A stretch of 64,000 nt of DNA, taken from Felis catus (Eukaryota). The translations under genes and the position numbers were made by a program. The stretch covers positions 3,720,001-3,784,000 of the forward strand of contig NC_058368.1 in assembly GCF_018350175.1 (NCBI RefSeq). The letters run 5' to 3'. The notes under the pieces were generated by a model. That model was not told the origin of the DNA. It worked only from the letters and a program-made list of their open reading frames with translations, and did not search any database. How positions within the stretch are numbered: the first letter of the stretch is position 1; the number at the start of each line of letters is the position of its first letter. Below, in pieces: positions 1 through 13,460 of this stretch.

Positions 1-255
1 TATATTTCAATAAAGCTGTTGCCAAAAAAAATCGGGTAATCAGGTGGATGTCTAAAAATCTTGTTAATGGAAAATGTGTGTTTTCTTGAGTTTGACATTT
101 TCTTTTTGTCTTTGTTTTTCTGGAGTTTTGTTATGACGTACCAAGACGTGACTCATTTTGTACTTAACACACTGTTTGTAGACCTTTTTTAGTCCATGGC
201 TGGTTGGCCTTCAGTTTTATACAATTCTCAGACATAATAGCTTCAAATATCATTT

Positions 256-477
256 CTTTTTTTTAAATTTTTTTAATGTTTATTTATTTTTGACAGAGAG
301 AGAGACAGAGCATGAGCAGGAGAGGGGCAGAGAGAGAGGGCGACACAAAACCCGAAGCAGGCTCCAGGCTCTGAGCTGTGAGCACAGAGCTCAATGCAGG
401 GCTCGAACTCACAGGCCGTGAGATCATGACCTGAGCCGAAGTCGGTTGCTCAACTGACCGAGCCACCCAGGCACCCC
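256..477 (-). mobile_element. CAN-SINE
   Basis: tRNA-derived head, (CT)n, AATAAA tail on minus strand. Confidence 0.95.
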
Positions 478-571
478 TATTGTCTCTATTCAAGTATTTC
501 TTTCACTTCTGGACATATTTTGAACTTCCTCACTGTATTCTACAGGTCATTTACTCTGCCCTAGGTATTTC

Positions 572-636
572 CCTATCTATCTATCTATCTATCATCTATA
601 TCACTTATCAACCTATCTACATTTCTCATCTATCTA
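572..636 (+). repeat. (CTAT)n degenerate microsatellite
   Basis: Direct observation. Confidence 0.85.
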
Positions 637-1723
637 AACTACTCTTAACTGTCAAATGAGTTCTTAATTTATTTTATCCTTCAAAGTTTACACTCTAATT
701 CATATTTTACTTTTTAGAATTTACAGTTCTCTGAGAGAATTGACCTGGGCCTCTTCCAGGGACTGGAGTTGTGGCGACGTAGGATCCCTTGTCAGGCGTG
801 GTGACCCACGTGAAGCAGGGGTGCAGCTCCCATGAGGACTGCTTTACCCTGTTACTTTTATTTGTAAGGTGCAATTCTCAGCATCTCCATCCAAAAGCCT
901 GGAGGTTTCGGCAGGGTCCCCGGTCATCATATTGGCGGACTCGGGCTTCCAGTTTCAGCCTCCCGCCCCAGCCCCAAGAATTGTCTAAAGCACTGGTGGT
1001 CTTTCATCTGTATATTTCCGTAATTGGCAATCAGCAAATAACCCCTGAGAGACAGGGACCCCTTTTCTGAACGTCTTTCTTCTCTCAAACTTTGGCAGGT
1101 AGTTTTTCGATATAGGTTAAGCTATCTCGTGCCTTCAAATAAGCTGCCCTCCACCCCTTCCACACACACACAGCTTGTCTGCTTCTCTCAACAGACTCAG
1201 GTATTCTGAATCTCATTGTGTACCGTTATGGATTCCCTTTCTACTTACTAAAGAACAAGTTGTGCCCACAACTTCCAGATAAATTTTTGATATCTTTCTG
1301 GTATTTCCTTAATGTCGCTCTATCAGCGTGATAGGATTTCCTCTTTCTGTGGCCTGACAATTGCCTCATCAAAGATTAAGCTCTTTCTAGGTGATTGGAG
1401 AGACCCTGAGTTGATTTTTAGCTAGAACTGGCGAATGAAAGTGTAGCCCACGTGGTTTTCCGCAACCAGTGCTCCCCGCTATGGTCGTCCCCACCTAGTG
1501 TCCATTGTCCATCTCAGGACTCGTGATGCCGCTCTTTGCCTCGTCGGCCACTTAAATGTGCTGCTTTCCTGGGAGTTGTCCTGCACAGATCCAGAGGACC
1601 GCTTGATGTTCCCAGTGCTATTGGACCCTCGCATCCCTTACCTGGTTCCATGGGTGTTTCTATGGGAAAAATAAACGCATCGAAGCCACCAAGCTAAAAG
1701 TACAATCTAAAAGCCCGGTCTTC

Positions 1724-1951
1724 GGGACGCCTGGGTGGCTCAGTCTGTTAAGCTGCCGACTTCGGCTCAGGTCATGATCTCACGGTCCATGAGTTCGAGC
1801 CCCGCGTCGGGCTCTGTGCTGACAGCTCAGAGCCGGGAGCCTGTTTCAGATTCTGTGTCTCCCTCTCTCTCTCTGACCCTCCCCCGTTCATCCTCTGTCT
1901 CTCTCTCTCTGTCTCAAAAGTAAATAAACGTTAAAAAAAAATTACAAAAAA
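1724..1951 (+). mobile_element. CAN-SINE
   Basis: TSD taaaagcccggtcttcg. Confidence 0.97.
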
Positions 1952-2559
1952 TAAAAGCCCGGTCTTCGTTATTATAAATTTACTCTTCAATCTAACAAAA
2001 ATGAATGTGGAAAAGCAAAGTTTGTTGTGGTATAATTAGAAGATGTAATCGTACACGGGGGCAGCTGAAATAATTCGTTAGCCATCTGTTATTATGCATG
2101 TCTCACACTTACTGTCATGCAATAATTAAATATAAATATTGGTGGCCATGTAGACTCATTCGATCCAAACTCGGTGATTTAATAGGTTTGGATGGTGGTA
2201 GATACACATGCATCTATCCACCTGGCTACTATTTTATTTATTTTTTTTATTTTCAGTCCTCCCGTATGTAGCAAATATACCAGATGTCGTAATAATAGTT
2301 CAATGAATGCTTGCTGAATGACTAAGAGAATAATTAAATCATTTAATTTATTAATCAATAAAATCAACCCATTTATGGCGCTTTCTGATTATTGGTTCCT
2401 TTTCAGAAGTCAATTCAAATTAGGCCATGTGATTACCGCTTATCTACGCAGACACGAGGTACAGAGGAAGGATATGCAGCAAGATGTTTCAAAATTTTTA
2501 GAAGTTCTAGTGACACCGAACTTCTGGGGGAACCGATCTCAGTTTAAAGATCGTAACGG

Positions 2560-2770
2560 GGGGATCACCTGGGTGGCTCAGTCAGTTAAGCACCTGACTC
2601 TTGATTTTGGCCCAGGTCATCATCCCATGGTTTGTGGGTTCGAGGCCCAAGTCGGACTCAGAGCTGAGAGTGCAGAACCTGCTTGGGACTCTCTCTCTCT
2701 CTCCCTCTTTCCCTGCCCCTTCCCCACTCACGCTCTTTCTTTCAGAATAAATAAATAAGCTTAAAAACAT
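2560..2770 (+). mobile_element. CAN-SINE
   Basis: Head, (CT)n, tail. Confidence 0.93.
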
Positions 2771-4561
2771 CAAAAAGGACACTCTAATGAAAATCATGCT
2801 GTAAACCTTAATGAAATTGAATAAACCACACTACTCATTAATTTTTGTTAGGCTTTCCCAATGCACGGCAAAACAGTGACTTGTTACCTCCAAATTCCTT
2901 CATTTTCTTCATCTGTTGATTGTCAACGGTGGGAATTACCGGACAGTAAAACAGACATCGATAAACATCGCTGAGCTTTATATTTGCAAAACCACAAAAG
3001 CTTTCATTCACGTATTAGCTATTACAAATAGACCAAAACAATAAAATTAAACTCAGTTACTTCCTAGCTTTTTTCTTGCAAAATGCTGTGTTATGTAGGC
3101 ATATCCCCTCTGACCAAGAATTCAGCGTGGATGAGGCTAAATGCATGAAGGATTATTCCTCAAAATACACGTCCTAGGATAATTAAAACAGGAAAGAATG
3201 ACTTGTTTTTAATTTAGCATCCTTTGGGGGATATTTGGTCTATTTTAAGAACAAAGTTATTTAATGTAGCCAGGAGAAAGAAGTGAGGCAAGTTCCGGGA
3301 TTCTGCAGCAGCCAGAGTTAACTATAATACTGTTTAATTAAGTTTTATTTCCTTTCAGTTACATGGACAGAAATGATGTGCATGAAATCCTCAGTCATTT
3401 AGAGATTATCTGTGTTGTCCAATTACATATTGTCTATGCAACTGACCCCTTTCCGTCAGCTCCCCCTGCCCTCAAGTTGTGCAAAGACTTAAGATTAGGC
3501 CCAAATTCGAGGTGATGCTGAAACTCATTTGCTCCCAAGAAAAGTTCAGGAGAAATAAAGGATCAGTAAGAAGACAGAAGTCAGAGTCTGGAAACCAGAT
3601 TGAGACCCAGAAGAACATCTCAGCCAAAACCGGAGTAAAGAGGGTGCTCTATTCAGCCCAGTCACCAGATGGCAGCACTGGGCTTTCATCCCCACCCAGT
3701 CAGCCATAGCAAAGCTTCTGCTTGGAAGGACTTGGAGGCACTGAGCCGCTTCTTACAGGGACAGGCTTCTAGTCCCCACGGACAAATCAAGAGTAGGTCA
3801 GTATTGAAAGAAGTCCAAATAAGTGAGAAGATACTTACCCCGTAAGACATCAAGACTCATAAACTATGGTGGAGACCAGAAAAGATGAACCACAGACTGG
3901 AAAAAGACATTTGCCAAACACAGAGCCAACACAGAAATATCACACAGAATACATGTATTTTATTAACCTCCTACAAATGAGGGCAAGAAAAGATAGCCCA
4001 AATTATATATATATTTTAGAAGGACACAACTGGTAATCCACAGAATATGAAAACCAAATTGTCAATAAATAGATGAAAAGATGTTCAACCCTGTTCTAAT
4101 CAAAGACCAAAGAGAGACTACTGTATAATCGTCTGATTGATAAAGCCAGTCTGAGAGTACCAAATGTTGACAAGAATGGAACTGGGAACTGTCATACAAT
4201 TCTGGTGAGACTATAACTTGGGACATCTGGTTCGGAAAGCAAGTTAGTAATACCCATAAAGTTAAAGATGTGACTACCTAATACTTCAGCAACTGCAGGT
4301 CTAGAAACAACCACACTTATGGAAATGCAGAAAGTATTAGGATGTTTGCTACAGAATCGACAGGAAGAGCAGGAAGAAAAGGAACAATCCAGTCGTCCCT
4401 CAATAGGGAACCGATAGGTCAATGTGGTTTTCCTGTAGGGGAGACCAGTGAAGCTCTTGAAATAAAAGGTCCTAATTAACTTGCGATAAAAAAATCTGAG
4501 AAGTATACATATGGAACTATCCGTATACATTTAAAAATCAATTTCTATTTTAAAAAATGTA

Positions 4562-4778
4562 GGGGCGCCTGGGTGGCGCAGTCGGTTAAGCGTCCGACTT
4601 CAGCCAGGTCACGATCTCGCGGTCCGTGGGTTCGAGGCCCGCGTCGGGCTCTGGGCTGATGGCTCAGAGCCTGGAGCCTGTTTCCGATTCTGTGTCTCCC
4701 TCTCTCTCTGCCCCTCCCCCGTTCATGCTCTATCTCTCTGTCCCAAAAATAAATAAACGTTGAAAAAAAAATTTTTTT
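4562..4778 (+). mobile_element. CAN-SINE, youngest feline subfamily
   Basis: Diagnostic cttcagccaggtcacgatctcgcgg head. TSD about taaaaaatgta. Confidence 0.97.
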
Positions 4779-4956
4779 AAAAATGTACACATAGGTTACA
4801 TAAATTTTATATATTATTACATTGTGGTCTATGGTTAATATCACCCCTGGAGTACCATGACTTGGTGACCTACATAATAAGCACCCTCTTCATATTCATA
4901 TTAAGAAATGGAAGGAAAGGGATCTGATGGGAGCGCGGTGTTAAATGGCACACGTA

Positions 4957-5152
4957 GGGACACGTAGGTGGCTTAGGCGGCCAAGCATGCGACTCTTGAT
5001 TTCTGCTCAGGTCATGATCTCACAGTTCTTGGGATCAAGCCCCAAGTCGGGCTCTGCACTGACCACGCAGAGCCTGCTTGATATTCTCCCTCTCCCTCCC
5101 TCTCTGCCCCTCCCCCACTCGCACCCTCTCTGTCTCTCTCAAAATAAATAAA
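4957..5152 (+). mobile_element. CAN-SINE
   Basis: Head, (CT)n, tail. Confidence 0.92.
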
Positions 5153-5164
5153 ATCGATTTAAAA

Positions 5165-5450
5165 GAGAGAGAAGATGCAGAGGACACAAACACACAGGAA
5201 AGAATGCCAGGGGAAGACAGAGGCAGAGATCAGCATGATGCAGCTACAAGCCAAGGACAAGTCAAAGATAGCCTGGAGCCCCAGGAAGCTGGGAAGAGGC
5301 AAGGAAGGACCCATTCCTAGAGCCATCGGAGGGAGCACAGCCTGCCGATGCTTTGTTTAGTCCCCATAACTGAGAGAAAGTGAAATTCCTGTTGTTTGAG
5401 CACCTCATCTTGTGGTACTTTGTTATAGCATCTTTAGGAAACTAACTGAT
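5165..5450 (+). mobile_element. MaLR LTR (MLT1-like) remnant
   Basis: gaagacagaggcagagat...caagccaagga...gaagctgggaagaggcaaggaagga...tgtggtactttgttatagca. Confidence 0.85.
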
Positions 5451-7926
5451 GCAGGTGTAAATCTAAGACACTGAATATGTGGAAATCATATTTAATTTTT
5501 ATGCCATTTCCTTCTGGGAGTTCCATCTTTCTTCTGTTCAATTGAGAGATGAGCATAGTTACCTACCTTTTTTCATGGACGATGGGAGGATGTGAATTAC
5601 ATCTCCGGGAATCAAAAGTCTCTGCGCTTTCTACTACGAAGTGGTCGCCCATGTTATGAGATAGGTGGAAACATAATTAGGAATTAGATAAGGATTCATT
5701 CATTCAAACGTAAGACACTCATTCATTTTAATGATTCTTAATGGGTAAGAAAGATGGCAGCTCTTAGCGAAATCTGTAAAGGAAACGTTTTATCTAAGCA
5801 GCTTATGCCTGTGCCCTGTAACAATTTTGTTTTGCAAAACTTGAGTGCCATAAATTTACTAAATTCGTATTTAGTGCTACCAGTATAAAACAGAATCAAT
5901 CTCATGCGACTACGGTTTTGGCACATAACATATAAAAAAGTTTCTCTTTCTAAGATGCTCCTGTTTTACTTGTGGAAAATTTGGTGGATCATTCCAAATG
6001 GAACGGATGTTTTGCTTTCAAAACAAAGACTATAGATTGTTATGTGGCAAATAGCTTGCTTTCTCTTATAATATTGACAGCCGCTGTGTGTTAAGGCTTT
6101 TGCTCAGATTTCAAAATTGACTTCTTCTTGTGGGGAACCAGCTATGCCCTGCTTTTCTGTCATGTCTGAGCAAGAAACATACATAGTTCATTATGAATTC
6201 GGGAAGGCTTGAGCTCCTCTGCTACAATTTAGATTGAATTGGTGCTAACTGATCAATAGCCCTTGACAATAATGAGTTGAAACTAGCCTTCCTAGGGAAT
6301 TATACAGATGCACCATCATTGACTGTGAAAATCCATTAGAGGTGTGATCAAATTGCAGGACTTTTCACTGGTAATGTCCCAATGGCACTTCATTAAGGGA
6401 TAGAGAAAAGCCAAGGCTTGCTTTCGCTAAGCGACCCAGGATTGTCATCCAAAAGCACACGCAATAGCATATCTGTTAAGAACTTTGAAGTAAGCTATAT
6501 CTGGTACAAATACCGATACTTTCCCTTACAATCTGTAAGACCTGGAAGTCAATATCCTGCGTAAGTTGCAGTTACCCCATCTGTGCAACTGGGTGAGTAA
6601 AAGTACCTGCCAACGACTTGCCAACAACAGGGAAGGGGGAACGGTCAGCCCCAGCAGGGATATCTTATTTTTGTCAACGAGTTTGTTTGGAAGTGCCGGT
6701 GTAAGTGACAACAAAAAGCAGAATGACTTTCGTCATTGGTTTCAAAATCTCTACGGCCATGCACCCACCTCCTAGACTGCCCTACCAGTCAACCCTAAGT
6801 AGGCAACTGGTCCATGAGGATTTCTGGGAAAGGCAAGACCAGATAGGCATGATTGTTTTCTGAGGAACAAGCAGGTAACTGGACAAAGTTTCCCAGGGTC
6901 TGCATGTGGCTGTGAGGGTCATGTATGGGGAGTATCAACGTTGGAAGTCAGTGGGACGAGTGGGGTAGGGTCAGCAAACGGATGGAAAGCTGGTATGACA
7001 TTCCATAGCACCTATAAATCTCAGTTAAATGCCCCACAGTTTGGTTCTTGTGGAATTTTTTCATAGAAATCAATAAGGGGATGTCATCTTAGGACCAGGT
7101 CCTCATACAGAAGGACCAAGATGGCGGAGGAAAGGAACCACGAAGAATTAAGGGTAAATAATTGCTTCAAGTATGGCAAATACCAAGATACTTTCTGATA
7201 AACATATTATGTGAAAAGTGATAATAACAGTGCAAACTTAAAATCCGGCAAAAAATAAAAATAAAAAATGTAGGGGAGGAGAACGGATGCTGTCATGATA
7301 ATTTCCTTTTTTTATATGGGGAATTGCAAACCTAATAGTGATGTGAAATAATACATATGTAGGTGTAGATACAGAGATATGTGCATGCAAGTAAAGAGCT
7401 GAAAATCACAAACTGCTATAATAGAAACCAAGACGGTTAACTTTTAAATCAATGGGGAAAAATGAGAAAGGAAATGTATTTATGAAGAAATAGCAGGAAG
7501 CATGAAAAACAAAGTGTAAAACAAGAGAAGATTAACTCTTCGGTTGTAGTTTGTAAGACGCAACTCAAGAATCATGTTCCCAAGGGGGAAAAGCATGTAA
7601 ACACCATCGACCATCCTGTTTCTTGCTCATGGAACAGAGACTGGCCTCAACTGGTGCCCAGCGATTCCTGAATTGGATATAAATAAAAAGCCAAATCTGA
7701 ACGACATTTCACAGGATGTTTTATCGCATGCGTTACAAGATTTGATTTACTGGTATTTTGTGAAGTTCAGGGCATCTATCCAGAGCTAAGCGTGGGCTGG
7801 AAGGTTCCTTCCTTGTATTATCATTTTCAGCTTTTGGTATCAAGGTTATAGCAGTCATATAAAATGATAGAAAGAGCTTCCTCCTCTTCTGTTCTCTGGA
7901 AAAGTTTGTTTTAGAGTGCAGTTATT

Positions 7927-8230
7927 AACAGACCCATAAGCAGAGAGAGCAAACTAACCGTTGCCAGAGGGGAAAGGGGTCGGGGAATGGGCCAAACGGG
8001 TGAAGGGGAGTGGGAGGTACAGGCTTCTAGTTATGAAAGGAGTAAGTCACGCGACCAAAGCTGTAGCAGAGCAAACACAGTCCGTGCCATTGTTACGGCA
8101 TTACGTGGTGACAGCCGGGGTGCATTTCTGCTGAGCGCAGCTTAATGTATACACCTGTCAAATCACTATGTTGTACACCTGAAACTAATGTGACGTTCTG
8201 TGTCAACTATACTTCAGTTAAAAAATATAA
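7927..8230 (+). mobile_element. Carnivore-type L1 3' end
   Basis: ttgccagagggg...atcactatgttgtacacctgaaactaatg...tgtcaactatacttca plus A-tail. Confidence 0.85.
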
Positions 8231-8235
8231 TTATT

Positions 8236-8413
8236 GGGGCGCCTGGCTCGGCCGGTTAAGCCTCCGACTTTGGCTCACGTCATGATTTCACAGTTCGTGG
8301 GTTCGAGCCCCGCGTCAGGTTCTGTGCTGACCGGCTCAGAGCCTGGAGCCGGATTCTGTGTCTCCCTCTCTCTCTGCCCCTCCCTCCCCTCTCAAAAATA
8401 AACATTAAAAAAA
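8236..8413 (+). mobile_element. CAN-SINE
   Basis: Head, (CT)n, tail. Confidence 0.93.
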
Positions 8414-8529
8414 TGCAATTATTTGTTCCTTGAAAGTTTAGTAGAATTCTGTAGTAAAACAATGGGGCTTGGTGTTGCCGTAAGGGTAGATTTTTAACCA
8501 CTCAATTTATTTGATAGATATAGTTCATT

Positions 8530-8739
8530 CTTTTTTTTTCAATGTTTATTTATTTTTGAGTGGGAGACAGAGCACAAGCAGGGGAGGGGCAGAGAGAGAG
8601 GGAGACACAGAATCGGAAGCAGGCTCCAGGCCCTGAGCTGTCAGCACAGAGCCCGACACGGGGCTCGAACCCACAGACTGTGAGATCATGACCTGAGCCG
8701 AAGTTGGATGCTCAACCGACTGAGCCACCCAGGTGCCCC
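8530..8739 (-). mobile_element. CAN-SINE
   Basis: TSD tagatatagttc. Confidence 0.96.
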
Positions 8740-8780
8740 TAGATATAGTTCTTTCTACAGAAGTTTTCTATCGTTTTTTC

Positions 8781-8806
8781 TTTTTTAAAATAATTTATTT
8801 ATTTAT

Positions 8807-8843
<37 letters not shown>

Positions 8844-9010
8844 AAGCATAAGCCGGAGAAGGACAGAGAGAGCGCGACAGAATCCCAAGCAGGCTCCTCG
8901 CCGTCAGCACAGAGCGGGACCCAGGACTCCATCTCACAAACCGTGATGCCGTTACCTGAGCCCGAAGCAAGAGTTCGGCGCTTAAGGGCACTGAGCCACC
9001 CAGGCGCTCC
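8781..9010 (-). mobile_element. CAN-SINE
   Basis: Head, (GA)n and T-tail on plus strand. Confidence 0.92.
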
Positions 9011-9382
9011 TCTACTGTTTTTTACATCAATTTTTTCTAAAAAATTTGCCTATTTCATCTAACTTAGCCATGAATTTATTCACAGTGGTCTCTTACAGTT
9101 CTAATCTCTGCTGCAGCTGCAACTGTGTCTCTTCTTTCACACTTTCACTGATATTTATTTTGTGCTTTTTCCCTTCTTGCAAAATCACACCCTAGTGTGC
9201 ATATCTTTTTTGCCCCCGAAAGAACCGATTTCTGGCTTTGCTCTTTCTTTGTACTTAATGATTTGAGTTCTATTCCATTGATGCCTGCTTTTACCTTTTT
9301 ACGTTATCTCTTCTTCTTTATTTTTCTCCGGCTTCTTCAACTGTGTGCTTAGCTCCTTAATCGTCAGGTATTTCCTCTTTTC

Positions 9383-9599
9383 TTTTTTTTTAATGTTTTT
9401 ATTCATTTTCAGAGAGAGAGTGTGTGTGTGCACATGAGCAGGGGAGGGGCAGAGAGGGAGGGAGAGAGAGCATCCCAAACAGGCTCCACACTGTCAGCGC
9501 AGAGCCTGGCGTGGGGCTCAATCTCATGAACCATGAGATCATGACCTAAGTCGAAATCAAGAGTCAGCCACTCAACTGACCGAGCCATCCCGGTGCCCC
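9383..9599 (-). mobile_element. CAN-SINE
   Basis: TSD tttcctcttttct. Confidence 0.95.
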
Positions 9600-10317
9600 A
9601 GTTTTCCTCTTTTCTGATGTAAGTATTTAAAACTATAAATTTCCCTTGAACTGTTCTTCAGGAATATCCAAGATATGCTCTATGAGGTATTTTGTGAGGT
9701 ATGCGAAAAATATTTCAATATAGCAGATTCTCCTATTTCAATTTTTTTAAAGATTCCAAGATTCTGTTCTCTGGTTTGATGCACTAGCACTGTGGTCAGA
9801 GAACATGGTTGAAATGACACCACTTCTGAGAAACGTTTAGACTTGCTTTGTGGACAAAGTTGAAGTCCGTGGCCAATTTTCATAAATGTCTAAAGCATGT
9901 CGAAAAAAGAGTACATATTTCCTAATTATTAGATGAAGACTTCTGTATAATTTCATACATTTGGGCATTTTAGTTTGTCTGTTTAAATATTTTGCTCTAG
10001 TGCTAGATTAATTACTCAAAAAAACAAATTAGAGAGATATGTCAAAATCTCCCACTGTGACTGTGTATTTATAGATTTCTCCTTTCTACTCTGCCAATTT
10101 GCCATGTGCATTTGAAATAATATTATCAGACTACAAGTTTGGAATTGTTATCACTTCTCTTGAATTACATATTTCTTTTAAAAATGCTGCTATATTTTAT
10201 TTTATAAAATTGCTTTGCTTTTACTATTTTAAAAAGTATTTTTGTAACAAATAGATGTATTTTTAGTTAGAAGAAACTTTTGAGAGAAATAAAATAGAAT
10301 TATAGCCTAACATCTGG

Positions 10318-10672
10318 GGTCTTGGCTTAGGCTGCTATAACAAAATAGCATAAACTGTATGGCTTATCAACAACAGAAATTCATTTCCCGTGGTTCTGGG
10401 GGCTGGAAGTCCAATATCATGGTACCAACGTGGTCTGGTTCGGGTGAGGGCTGTCCTGAGGGTTATAGATGAAGGACTTCTCCTCATGTCTTCACATGGC
10501 AGAAAGGGGTGAGAGTACCCCCCTGGGGCCCCTTTTATAAGAGCACTAATCCTATTTGTGAAGGCTCTACCTTCGTGATCCAATTACCTCCTTAAGGCCC
10601 TAATGCATCACATTGGGGGTTAAGGTTTCAACATATGAATTTAGGGGACACACAGACATTCAGTCCACTGTA
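10318..10672 (-). mobile_element. MaLR LTR (MLT1A-like)
   Basis: ggctgctataacaaaata...ggctggaagtcca...tttcaacatatgaattt...gacacacagacattcagtcca. Confidence 0.85.
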
Positions 10673-10714
10673 CCCAGAAATTAAACTTTAATATATATCT
10701 TTCCAGGTACTTTT

Positions 10715-11010
10715 CTATTCATATAGATTTATATTAAAAATGTGTGCATACATATATATATATAGTACTATATATGAATATAGTGTATATATACTATATA
10801 TACACATATATACACATATATATGTATGAATATAGTGTATATATACTACATATACACATACACACACACATATATACACATACACACATATATGTACTAT
10901 ATTCATTTATAAAATGTATATATGTTGTATATAATTTTCATACATTGAATATATAATTTTCTTATAATGTACCATACAGTACTATATACAGGTATGTACA
11001 TATATATAAT
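10715..11010 (+). repeat. (TA/CA)n low-complexity tract with ~45-bp internal repeats
   Basis: tatgaatatagtgtatatatactac/t repeated, embedded in TA/CA runs. Confidence 0.9.
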
Positions 11011-11215
11011 TTTTTTTAAGAGAGAGAGAGCACACAAATAAGGGTGAAAGAGAAAAGGGAGCAGGGGAAAGGGGCAGAGGGAGAGAGAGAGAGTTCCAAG
11101 CAGGCTTCAAGCTCAGTGCAGAGCCTGATGTGGAGCTCAGTCCCACAACCTGGGAATCATGAACTGAACCAAAATCAAGAGTCAGACGCTTAACTGACTG
11201 AGCCACGCAGGAGTC
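11010..11215 (-). mobile_element. CAN-SINE
   Basis: Head and (GA)-rich body. Confidence 0.9.
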
Positions 11216-12379
11216 TGCCTACATATATACCTACATAATTATATCTCATATACAATGAGATCATAGTATCCAAAAAAATTTGCACCTGCCTTTTTTCACT
11301 TGACAATTTCCAGGTTTGCTTCCATGATTTTTCTGGTTGAAAATCAGCAACTAATCCAGGCTCACATGTTGTATTCTGTATGTACCTTAGAAGAGAGACT
11401 GAATGAAACGAATAGTATAATAAATTCTCATGCATCTTTCACTCTACTTCAGAAAAGTATATTTGAAGAACATTTTACAGGTGTCCAGGGTAAGAGGAAA
11501 AACAAATCACAGAACAATATTTGGATTCCCAAACTTACTGGATGTTTATGAAGGAAAGTTGTTTAAGTTCAGAAAAGTGAGTAAAGTTTCCCACATTGTC
11601 TGGTCACATCTAGTTTGGAGCTGCGGGGACGAATGGTTTGACAGGTTCCTGTTACTGACCTGGGTTTATTCACCATTCCCCGTGACATTTCTGAAATCCC
11701 CTCCCAGCACAGAGTGTATTGTCTAAGGTCACTTCAAGCTCATGTTCTTGTACAATACATTGTATTTGGGATAGAACACTCTTTGTGCTTACACTCCCCA
11801 ATATACTTAGATGTTGCAAAAAATTTATTATTCAGAATTTTTGATTTACTTTTTAAGGTGTTATGAGGTCAGAAGCTGTTGCTACAGTACTGAGATATGC
11901 CCAAGATCCCGGACCCCAACATCCCTGTTTGAGGGAGATGACAAGTAAAGAGAATCTCAGAAAGGATGGACAGAAGGAAAACTGCTTCTTAACAAAATTC
12001 CTCTCTGGAAACCACTTAACGATTTCCAGAAAATGATATTTTAATCTACTCTTAAATCCCAATGCCTTTCTTTTCAGCTTATGCCCACCTCTCTCTGACT
12101 CCGTCCCATCTGCTGGTACCCTTTTCTGAAACATTACTGACACCTTCTTCAGAGTCTGCATTTGGCAAGATTAGCCTCCCCTGGTCCTCTGTCTTTGCTT
12201 TACTGAAACCTGTTTTTAGAAAGGCCAAAAAAAAAAACACTTTTCCTTCACTCAGCCTGAATCTGGAGCAAACAGGCAAGGCCCACAAACTTGTATTCTT
12301 CATGGATACATTCAAATAGCTGGGTCACTGGCTTTCTGTAGGTATTTCTCTGAGAAGAATTCAAGAAATCTGAATAAAC

Positions 12380-13460
12380 TGAGAAGCAGAACATTTATAT
12401 TTATTGAAAATCTCAAGTTTATTAAGAGGACAGCCCTTCTCAAATTGACCTACAAGTTCAGTGTAATAGGTATCAAAATCCTAGCAAATTCTTTGTAGAG
12501 ATTGATAAGCTGGCCTTACAGTGTATATGGCGACGTGGAAGACCAAAAATATCCAAAACACTATTTTAAAAAATAACAATAAGGAGGGCACCTGTTGGGA
12601 TGAGCACTGGGTGTTATATGGAAACCAATTTGACCATAAATTTCATATTAAAAAAAAAAGTAACCATATTGGGGCACCTGAGTGGCTCACTCGGTTAAGC
12701 GTCAGACTTCAGCTCAGGTCATGATCTCACAATTCCTGAGTTCAAGCCCTGCATCAGGCTCTCTGTTGTCAACGCAGAACATCCTTCGAATCTTCTATCC
12801 CCCCTCTTTGTGTCCCTCCTCCACTCATCTTCTCTCTCCCTCTCTCTCTCTGTCTCAAAAATAAATAAACATAAAAAGTAACAATATTGAAGAATTTTTG
12901 TTACCTGATTTCGAAATTTACTACAAAACCGTAATAGCCAAAAGAAATGTAGCATGCATCTACAATGGAATATTACTCAGCCATGAAAAAAGAATGAAAT
13001 ATTGCCATTTGCAGTGACATGGATGGAGCTAGAGAGTATAGTATTATGCTAAGCGAAACAAATCAGTCAGAGAAAGACAAATACCATATGATTTCACTCA
13101 TAGGTAGAATTTAAGAAACAAAACAAGCAAAACAAAGGGGGGGGAGACAAGTCAAAAACCAGACTCACCTATAGTTAAGATGATGGTTTCCAGAGAGAAA
13201 GTGTGTTGGGGGATGGGCAAAATAGATGATGGGGACTAAGGAGGGAACTTGTGATAAGCACAAGGTAATGTATGGAATTGTTGAATCACTATATTGTACA
13301 CCTGAAACTCATATTACATAGTATATTAACGATACTGGAATTAATTTTTTTAATTTAAATAAAAGTTCTTTAAAAAAGAGTGTGGAATTAGTATAAGGAT
13401 AAACTTGTACATTAAGTGAAAAGAGAACTGTTAGGCCATGAATAGACCCTCACATAGTCA
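12380..13460 (+). mobile_element. Old L1 ORF2 fragment with nested feline L1 tail (12582-12660), SINE and carnivore L1 3' end (about 12955-13375)
   Basis: L1 phrases (caaattgacctacaagttca, tacaatggaatattactcagccat, gaaagacaaataccatatgatttcactcat). Confidence 0.85.
12671..12872 (+). mobile_element. CAN-SINE
   Basis: TSD aaaaagtaac(c/a)atattg. Confidence 0.95.

Larger units (their letters stand above)
7660..10210 (-). mobile_element. Old L1 fragments (minus) interrupted by an L1 3' end and four SINEs
   Basis: T-rich antisense ORF2 phrases (ttttggtatcaaggttat, aaactataaatttccct, tgtggtcagagaac, aaaatctcccactgtg). Confidence 0.7.

Noticed and set aside
1724..1810. tRNA-like A/B box sequences
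   Set aside because: They are SINE heads. No standalone tRNA gene was found.
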